Assembly (NCBI GenBank): GCA_003144275.1
Contig: NJBF01000063.1
Coordinates: 1 to 14,367, forward strand
Direction: 5' to 3'
Source of the DNA: Candidatus Heimdallarchaeota archaeon B3_Heim
Lineage (GTDB): Archaea; Asgardarchaeota; Heimdallarchaeia; Hodarchaeales; Hodarchaeaceae
Length of the DNA stretch: 14,367 nucleotides
A program made the translations under genes and the position numbers. Positions 1 to 7,924 of this stretch are shown piece after piece. Positions within the stretch are counted from its first letter, which is position 1; each line of letters starts with the position of its first letter. The notes under the pieces are model-generated. The model was not told the DNA's origin. It did not search any database and saw only the letters and a list, made by a program, of their open reading frames with translations.

Positions 1-126
1 GGCGGTAAGACCTGCATCTGAGCAGGCTCGCGTCGATGAATCAGGAAGAACAGCTCCAAGGACTGTTTGTAATAATTATTCCTAATTATTTTTACCAGTC
101 CTCTTTGGGTAAGTCTTTCAGAACGG
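1..126 (+). mobile_element. IS607-like right end / TnpB omegaRNA scaffold, copy 1 (5' part lies outside the window)
   Basis: 54/59 nt identical to 1677-1735 and 23/23 identical (104-126) to 1770-1792. Carries the tnpB-3'-end-like motif GTAAGACC...TCGATGAATCAGGAA, hairpin CCTGC/GCAGG and a large hairpin at 60-101. Ends in AGAACGG, consistent with IS607 GG ends. Similarity to the other copy stops right after GG. Confidence 0.75.
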
Positions 127-432
127 GCCTAAAGAATCTCCAGAGGTTCCTAATGTAGTAAAGAATTCAATCTTTTGGACTGTTCCTGGGAATTTAATAA
201 ACCGATGAAATATTCCAACATGATACAATCCTTTCTCATAGACCTTATCTTCAATTTTTTGACCTTTGTGTCTTGATTTAGACCAAATTCATTATATCTA
301 ATCTGTTTAAAAGCTAAAAAGAAATATCCTACGAGGAGACTTGCTAAAAAAAAGTTCTCCTATTGTGAATCCACCTACAATTTTTACTTTTTTATCAATA
401 TTATATTTGGAATTATTATCTCTTGAAGTCAC
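127..432 (-). pseudogene. Disrupted SPFH/band-7 (prohibitin-like) membrane protein, N-terminal part, truncated at the element
   Basis: Manual translation from GTG 432, correcting +1 at the A8 run (346-353) and -1 at the T6 run (255-260), gives MTSRDNNSKYNIDKKVKIVGGFTIGELFLASLLVGYFFLAFKQIRYNEFGLNQDTKVKKIEDKVYEKGLYHVGIFHRFIKFPGTVQKIEFFTTLGTSGDSLG. This is a TM helix followed by an SPFH-like 'G-L-Y...I-K-F-P-x-T-V-Q' segment. Family call is by eye. Confidence 0.6.
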
Positions 433-640
433 TGTTCTTCTGAGTATATTTTAATTAATTTCATTTTTAAATCATGGATTCCAGAACCTGAACCTTTAAA
501 ACTGAAAACACAAGAAATAGACTAGTTTCGATGGGGTACAACCAGGGTAATTCAATAAAATGTGTGGTGAGGAAAAAAATATTCCCCCCTCTCAGATCCT
601 ATATTTGGTGTCACAAGGAGATTAGTTGTGGAAATCGTGT

Positions 641-853
641 TTATCTCTGTCTCAGTATCTTAAGCATGGTTCCAGGAGCAATAAATAAAGCGATTAGGAA
701 AAGACCTAATGCAGATAATAGGATACCAATTATAACCAGAAAAAACATGTCTCCAGTTTCAAAAACCACAGTACCAAGATAGATACACCCTACACCAATA
801 ATAAGGCTCAATAAACCTACTAGTAAGAACTTTCCTAAATCTCTTCTGCCCAT
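641..853 (-). CDS. Small hypothetical membrane protein (70 aa, 2 TM helices)
   Basis: Two hydrophobic stretches with basic termini; GAGTGA SD-like motif upstream of the ATG. Confidence 0.7.
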   Translation of the reverse strand: MGRRDLGKFLLVGLLSLIIGVGCIYLGTVVFETGDMFFLVIIGILLSALGLFLIALFIAPGTMLKILRQR

Positions 854-1233
854 AAGATATCACTCTCAAAGGAATAGCTGTAAGAAATGAAACTCTGTAT
901 AAATAATTTGTTATCTAGTTGGAAATCTCAAAGAAAAAGTGAGCGTAAACAACTAGGAGGACATCAATGTATAGATACTAGCCTAATGTTGGTGGAAGTA
1001 TTTTTTATTATAGGAAAATCATTTAGCTTATCTAATGCCAGTTCCATCGACGTTGTTTTAGTTCCTTTGAAGAAATTTTTGGCTCTTTGCCATATTTACG
1101 CTCTAAATAATCATCAGAGTTCGAACGCGATTCATCCATCACGTTTTGGGATTTTTGTTCAGAGGGAACCATACATACTTCAATAAGTTATGTAACATTT
1201 AAATTTCAAAGAGACAGAGGTAGTCGAATACGG

Positions 1234-1792
1234 CCGAATCTGTATATTCTAAGTAAATTTTAGAAAAAGTGTAAGAGAAGAATTAATACAAGTAAGTCTT
1301 GTAATATAAAATTAAGATAAAGAAAAATAGTTTGTGAAATCATGCCTCGAAAAGGGATAGGGGTTGACAATAGTCAATATTTCTGTGGATAAATAGAGAC
1401 AAATATGAACAGATATCCCAGGGAAAAGAGAAGAGAATAAAAGCAATAATGCAAAGGAAAGGGGAAGAGAACAGAAAATATGGGAAAAATAGAGCAGTAG
1501 ACCGAACTCATGAGATGCTGTTTAAAACGAGAAACTATTTGACCTCTTGATCCTGGAATAACAGGAAAAAAGCAACTTTGATTTAGATCAGAGAGTTACA
1601 TAAGTTTAAAAGAAGAAACGCTCCTAATCAATCAGGTCGCCGAGAGTTCCGCGGAGACCTTAAACGCCTGTGGAGAGGCGGTAAGACCTGCATCTAAGCA
1701 GGCATGCGTCTATGAATCAGGAAGAATAGCTCCAAAGATGGTTGGGAATCATTGTTCTTAGCTGTCTTATTTGGGTAAGTCTTTCAGAACGG
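1234..1792 (+). mobile_element. Putative non-autonomous IS607-like element (~560 bp); right end firm, left end tentative
   Basis: Right end identical to copy 1. Candidate left end follows ACGG at 1230-1233. The right-end subterminal 9-mer GTAAGTCTT recurs exactly at 1292-1300, with a 7/9 variant at 1253-1261. No intact transposase or nuclease ORF inside. Confidence 0.4.
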
Positions 1793-1812
1793 TCCAACGG
1801 ATATTACGTGAA
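1634..1812 (+). ncRNA. TnpB-type omegaRNA: ~159-nt scaffold (1634-1792) plus predicted ~20-nt flank-derived guide (1793-1812)
   Basis: Hairpin AGGTC/GACCT (1634-1660). Translates as VAESSAETLNACGEAVRP then SMNQE in a shifted frame, typical of tnpB 3' ends that overlap the omegaRNA. Also a CCTGC/GCAGG hairpin, a 13-bp stem 1736-1748/1755-1767 with 5 G.U pairs, and possible pseudoknot pairing AAGAC with GTCTT. Confidence 0.72.
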
Positions 1813-1905
1813 GAAAAACGTTTCCAAGAGAAAAAAAAACAGGGGAAAAAGTCCTGGCGATTGAGAAAAGATAAATCTGCAAATGATGAAAATCATGAGA
1901 CTTGA
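1792..1905 (+). pseudogene. C-terminal fragment of a small basic, possibly winged-helix protein, interrupted by element copy 2
   Basis: Open 37-codon frame VQRILREEKRFQEKKKQGKKSWRLRKDKSANDENHET*. It begins at the element end and its stop (1903-1905) overlaps the likely tlyA ATG at 1895. Confidence 0.45.
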
Positions 1906-2617
1906 CGAATGGCTTGTTAATAAAGGTTTTATCTCTTCACGATCGAAGGCAAACCGCTTTATCCGAAATAAGGGAGTACGTGTGAATACGAAGCAATGTA
2001 TGAAACCAGCTTACATAGTGAAGAAAACTGATGATATAATATTAGATAAATCAATATTAATTAAATTCACTAATCCACTTGGATATCAAAAACTCGATTT
2101 GTTTGTTAATCAAGCTGAAATTCCTTTTTATCCTAATGATCAAGTTTTAGATATAGGAGCGAGTGCTGGAGGCTTTTGTAAGTATATCCTTGAGCAAAAT
2201 ATCGAATCGCTCTTCGCAATAGAAATTTCTCCCCAATTTAAACCATTTCTTTATTTATTGAAAGATGAGTACCCTAATTTTTCTTACCATATCGGCAATG
2301 TATTTACTCTACCTACACCTCTAACGGAAAAACGGTTCAATCTAGTCACAATAGATCTTACAATCGATCCTATATTTCTCTTAGATAACATCATTAACCT
2401 ATTACTCCTAGTAACATCAAATGAACATCCTGCACGAGTCCTTTGCATTATAAAAATTGAAAACCCAGATGATGCAGATATCATAATTCAAAAATATACC
2501 TCCCATATTAAAAACAGTGTACCTAACCTTCAGAAGTTAATCTTTCTAGATTCACTTCCCGAGAAGAATGAAAAAGCCATGTATGTAGAATTTTGGTCAC
2601 AAATTAGAGAATCTTAA
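1895..2617 (+). CDS. tlyA: TlyA-family RNA methyltransferase (S4 domain + FtsJ/RrmJ-like SAM domain); ORF can extend to 1883
   Basis: N-terminal MRLDEWLVNKG..SRSKA S4 motif and VLDIGASAGGF SAM-binding motif. Candidate catalytic K (QKL), D (TIDL) and K (IIKIE). Confidence 0.85.
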   Translation: MRLDEWLVNKGFISSRSKANRFIRNKGVRVNTKQCMKPAYIVKKTDDIILDKSILIKFTNPLGYQKLDLFVNQAEIPFYPNDQVLDIGASAGGFCKYILEQNIESLFAIEISPQFKPFLYLLKDEYPNFSYHIGNVFTLPTPLTEKRFNLVTIDLTIDPIFLLDNIINLLLLVTSNEHPARVLCIIKIENPDDADIIIQKYTSHIKNSVPNLQKLIFLDSLPEKNEKAMYVEFWSQIRES

Positions 2618-3167
2618 CAAATTCTCCACTCTGAGTATCGTACACAAATCCACTTACATGAACACCCATAGGGGAAATAAGCGGGTGATTTTTAACTAAA
2701 GAAACAGTTTTCATGACTTGTTGGGAAACATCCTCAAAGCCTAAGAAAGCTTGGCTAGCGTTCTTTACTCCAAGAATTTCTAAAACTGTCTCAGGGGGAG
2801 AATGGGCCTGTTTTGATATCTTATTGATTGTCTTATCCATTCTTCGCTGTGACATTTGCCCACCACATTGAGTATGACCACACACGAAAATATTACGTAC
2901 ATGAAGTTCATAGATGGCAATCAAGAGGGAACGAAGGCTATCAGGAGTTAAGAGCGCTCCTGCATTACGAAGAATCGTCATTTCACCTGGATCTTCGACT
3001 CCGAATACATTGGAGGTTATACGGCAATCCATACATGTCAAGACAGCAGTTCGCCATTTTGGAACTCCTGTTAATTCTTTGTAGGGGAAATAAAACTTGA
3101 TATTTTTCCAGACCTTCAGTTTTTTTTCGACTTCGGTAACTTCTATTCTATTCAAGGAGAAAAACAC
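2604..3167 (-). CDS. Beta-class carbonic anhydrase (clade D/Cab-like)
   Basis: Zn-ligand motifs CMDCR and GHTQCG, plus RNAGA and the C-terminal GFVYD..SG. GTG start; 14-bp convergent overlap with tlyA. Confidence 0.9.
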   Translation of the reverse strand: MFFSLNRIEVTEVEKKLKVWKNIKFYFPYKELTGVPKWRTAVLTCMDCRITSNVFGVEDPGEMTILRNAGALLTPDSLRSLLIAIYELHVRNIFVCGHTQCGGQMSQRRMDKTINKISKQAHSPPETVLEILGVKNASQAFLGFEDVSQQVMKTVSLVKNHPLISPMGVHVSGFVYDTQSGEFVKIL

Positions 3168-3208
3168 CTTAGAAAAGTTAAATTATAAGAATAAAAAGGG
3201 AATACTTG

Positions 3209-6199
3209 TCAGAGATCTGGTTTAAGCACAAACCCTTCACGTTTACGTCCATCAATTCGAACATAAAAGGGATTTTGGACTCGGACATGACGAAAATAAA
3301 CCATATCCTCGACAACAGATTCTTGTTCTAAAAGCCACTGCCAGTCAATTGTATCTTCCTTTGACTTATAATTGATGAATAAATAACCTATATTGGCTGT
3401 GGTGATATTCTGGAAGAAATGACTTCCTTGAGAATGTTCTACTTGAAAATCCTTTAAACCAGCTTCAATGATAACCTGTACTCCGGATATATGATGCCAT
3501 TTAACAGGTATACCTAATGATGAATCGAACGTTCCCCAGCGACCAAACCCAATCAGAATATAGGGTGTTCCTTTCCTTTTTAACCTTTTGTTAATTTCTC
3601 CGATCTCTGAAACCATTTTTTGAGTTTTTAACTTGTCAAATGCTTCAGGTTTAACATACACAATATCGTGAATATCGGAAATAATTCTATTACCTGAGGC
3701 AAGGCAAGATTTAATCAGAATTTGATTTTCTAGGACATCCTCTTTTTCTTCATCCAGAATGACCTCATATTGGGTATAAGGACGAATCTGTAACAAGTAA
3801 AATGTTGTTTTCTTACCTCGATCCTGTTGAAAATTCCCTGCAAACTCAATCTCAACAGAACTACCCATGGTCTGTTCTCCTAATCGTAAGATTTTTGTAA
3901 ATAATTTTGCAAAAGGAACCCCTCCATACCTTAATTGATTACTAAAAGCAATAACTGGAGCTCCATCCCCTCTATACCCTGGTTTAATGGCTTGATCATT
4001 ATAGTCAAAAGTATCTGCAATATTTTGAAGTGTCTCTGGATCTAAATCGAAAATACTCGAATTCACGAGAAACGAGTCTTCTCCTCGTTCAAAGGAAGTA
4101 GATTTAGAATCAAGGTCTATTGCAAAGAACTGTTTCTGACTGTTCGCAAACATTTGATCTTGAGTAGAATAAAAACTAATTTCTGGATATTTAGGAGAAA
4201 ACCTATAAGTTAATCCGCCATCTACAATCGTTTTACCTAAACCTGCAGCCAAAAACACAATTCTATCTTCTGGTAACATATAATCCCCAATAGGATAATA
4301 ATTATAAGAGGTGGCTACTCCAGAAAAACATGGATAAGATAAATTATTTGGTCTTATTCTTCCTACAACCTGCTGAATGACTACAGCCATTTTAGATTCG
4401 TCTACTGACTGTCCAGTTGATTCTGCATAGCTTTTGGCCTGTTTTAAGAAAGAAGACGCAAAAACCAATTTGATAGCATTACATAGAAGTTTCACTCGGG
4501 TCTTCAGGTCCTGATTATTTGGAAGCATGTAAGTCTCGAATACTCCTGCAAAAGGCTGAAACTGTGAATCTTCCAATAAACTGGAAGAGCGAACCGAAAG
4601 AGGGGCTACAAGAGTTCTTAATATAAATCGAAGATCCTTAACTAGTTTAACATCTAATTTGGCCTTAAGAAAACTCTTTTTAATATCCTTATCAGAAGCA
4701 TCGGATAAAGCAACATCATAGAGCTCCTCATTGTCATCCATAAAATGGTCAAACTCATCGGTACCGATAACATATGTTTTAGGTATCCGAATTGAAATGG
4801 TTTCGGATAATTCGTCAGATAAGAGAAATGAGTTTAAAAGAAATTGAAGGAAAGCAATCCCACGTCCTTTACCTCCTAGAGAACCGGGTCTAAGTCGAGT
4901 AAAACGAATTGAAGGATGAAAAGAATCTCTTGAGAAGTCATTAATAACTCCTCCAGTCTTTTCTATTAAGATAGAGTTAACCGCTGAGAGTAAGAACTCA
5001 CGTAATTCCTCAGGTTTCGAAAACTCAGATACCTTACGAGGTTTAATTCTCTGAGCAATTTCAAATTCTCCCCGATTCATTAACCAGCCTGAAAAATGGT
5101 CATTTGATCCATGATAAATCAATGATTCTTCGGGAACAGCAGCTATCGCTCTTTCAAGTTCCAATATATTTTTTGCTCTGCTGACTTCTGTTCCATCGCT
5201 TAACCGAAATTTAAAATCTCCAAATCCAAGATAATTGAGCATAAAGCTACGGATCGTTTTGAGTAATTTCCTGGAGAATTTATTAATGAAAAACACTTCT
5301 AAACTTTCGGCACGGATCCGATTCTTTTCGTTACTAGATTGTAAAGCAATTGGAAGAGTGGGATTATCTTTCTTGATTATTTTAATAAAGGTCAACCCTG
5401 CAGATTCATCTAGTATTCCTTCACGAGGAAATCTGGCATCAGTAATAATTCCGATAGCATACTGCTTGTAGTCATCATAATATCTCAAAGCATCCTCAAA
5501 ATTCGAAGCTAACAATATTTTCGGTCTTGTTCGCATTTGTAGTAAATGGTAATAATCATTAACTCCTTCAGAAATTAACCTATGTGTTTGTTTCATAATT
5601 TCACTATAGATATTAGTAAGAAAAATAGAATAATAGCGGATAGAGTCTTCAATTACAATTATTACTCGAACTAAACCCACACGGGTATCGTGCTCCACAT
5701 TCATTTTATCTTCAAGGTGTTTAATGATAGCAACAAATACCGTGGAATCTCCATTCCATAGGAAGATTTTATCGATTCCTTCTCCTGAAGTAGCATCTGG
5801 TAAGTATGGTACATCCGCAGGGTTATTCAATAAGAGGATGACAGGTATCTTTTGTATCTCTTTTACTTGTGAACCAAAAGAAAAAGCATCAATGTCTCCC
5901 AGCCGTCTCATGGTAATAACTAGATCAAAAGTCTGTTCTTTCAGTAGACTTAACGCCTCACTCGCAGTTGCCACCCGAGTAATTACAGGAAGAGTTCGGA
6001 GATTTAAATTATGAAATTCTTCAAAAATTTGATCAGAGAGCCTTCCATCCTCTTCTAGGATAAAATTATCATAATAACTTGAAACGAGCAAAACGTTATT
6101 TATCCGTTTGATCATGAGTTCATGGAATATTTGATATTTAGGTTTGTAATCAAATTTAACTTCATCTATGTTAGAATGACTAGGGGGAGGAATGGGCAT
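3209..6199 (-). CDS. Receiver-domain-fused PEP/pyruvate-binding (PPDK_N, ATP-grasp) protein with a C-terminal putative His domain
   Basis: Two REC-like folds (FDLVITM; IGIITDARFP...ALQSS...FINK), ATP-grasp motifs GSLGGKGRG, SVRSSSLLED, AGVFETY, MAVVIQQVVG, IEFA and LLQIRP, and a C-terminal SQGSHFFQN. No PEP-utilising C-terminal barrel. Confidence 0.85.
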   Translation of the reverse strand: MPIPPPSHSNIDEVKFDYKPKYQIFHELMIKRINNVLLVSSYYDNFILEEDGRLSDQIFEEFHNLNLRTLPVITRVATASEALSLLKEQTFDLVITMRRLGDIDAFSFGSQVKEIQKIPVILLLNNPADVPYLPDATSGEGIDKIFLWNGDSTVFVAIIKHLEDKMNVEHDTRVGLVRVIIVIEDSIRYYSIFLTNIYSEIMKQTHRLISEGVNDYYHLLQMRTRPKILLASNFEDALRYYDDYKQYAIGIITDARFPREGILDESAGLTFIKIIKKDNPTLPIALQSSNEKNRIRAESLEVFFINKFSRKLLKTIRSFMLNYLGFGDFKFRLSDGTEVSRAKNILELERAIAAVPEESLIYHGSNDHFSGWLMNRGEFEIAQRIKPRKVSEFSKPEELREFLLSAVNSILIEKTGGVINDFSRDSFHPSIRFTRLRPGSLGGKGRGIAFLQFLLNSFLLSDELSETISIRIPKTYVIGTDEFDHFMDDNEELYDVALSDASDKDIKKSFLKAKLDVKLVKDLRFILRTLVAPLSVRSSSLLEDSQFQPFAGVFETYMLPNNQDLKTRVKLLCNAIKLVFASSFLKQAKSYAESTGQSVDESKMAVVIQQVVGRIRPNNLSYPCFSGVATSYNYYPIGDYMLPEDRIVFLAAGLGKTIVDGGLTYRFSPKYPEISFYSTQDQMFANSQKQFFAIDLDSKSTSFERGEDSFLVNSSIFDLDPETLQNIADTFDYNDQAIKPGYRGDGAPVIAFSNQLRYGGVPFAKLFTKILRLGEQTMGSSVEIEFAGNFQQDRGKKTTFYLLQIRPYTQYEVILDEEKEDVLENQILIKSCLASGNRIISDIHDIVYVKPEAFDKLKTQKMVSEIGEINKRLKRKGTPYILIGFGRWGTFDSSLGIPVKWHHISGVQVIIEAGLKDFQVEHSQGSHFFQNITTANIGYLFINYKSKEDTIDWQWLLEQESVVEDMVYFRHVRVQNPFYVRIDGRKREGFVLKPDL

Positions 6200-6435
6200 C
6201 AGAATCTAGTCAGGATCTAGTTTTTTCCCTTTGATTAAATTTTCCCTACCTTTACCAAAATATACTTCGAGCTCTTTTTTTTTTGATAGAGATTTTTTAC
6301 TAATTATTCGCATTTATACGTGAAATCTGGGATTACATTATACCAGAGAGTATAAAATTGTATTACGAAGGTTCTTAGAGGAGACTTAAAGAGTAAAAAA
6401 TGGTTTAAACCTACATTTTCCTCCGGAAATCAGAA

Positions 6436-6458
6436 CAAGTTTCCAAGACAGAAACTTG
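6436..6458. promoter_or_regulatory. Perfect 8-7-8 inverted repeat upstream of gdhA (candidate operator or 5'UTR hairpin)
   Basis: CAAGTTTC-caagaca-GAAACTTG, ending 75 nt before the gdhA ATG and ~27 nt downstream of a TTTAAA box (6404-6409). Confidence 0.4.
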
Positions 6459-6518
6459 AAAAGGGCTAATTCCTCCCAAGTCAACATAAAAATCGTTCGA
6501 TGAATAAGAACTCGATAG

Positions 6519-7871
<1,353 letters not shown>

Positions 7872-7892
7872 ATAAATATCAAAATCTCTTAG

Positions 7893-7924
7893 AATACGGT
7901 ATTTCCGTATTTCTTTCTTTTTTC
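7893..7924 (+). terminator. Intrinsic terminator-like hairpin plus U-tract after gdhA
   Basis: AATACGG-tattt-CCGTATT (7893-7911) followed by a T/C-rich run, lying between convergent genes. Confidence 0.65.

Noticed and set aside
127-146. In-window targets for either predicted guide (127-146, 1793-1812)
   Set aside because: No second match was noticed by eye within the window. The guides are flank-derived and would target empty-site alleles.
531-782. 83-aa + strand ORF
   Set aside because: Overlaps the more credible 2-TM gene on the opposite strand and has no recognisable motif.
887-1186. 99-aa + strand ORF
   Set aside because: No motif or clear ribosome-binding site and atypical composition; likely a chance ORF in a decayed region.
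1-1792. CRISPR array interpretation of the two repeats
   Set aside because: Only two copies, each over 120 nt, separated by ~1.55 kb containing gene remnants, with no cas genes. They fit tnpB/IS ends better.
2284-6014. Short ORFs 2284-2484, 2828-3100, 5235-5471 and 5724-6014
   Set aside because: Antisense shadows of well-supported genes.
3209-6199. Calling this gene ppsA or ppdK
   Set aside because: It lacks the C-terminal PEP-utilising barrel and carries receiver domains instead.
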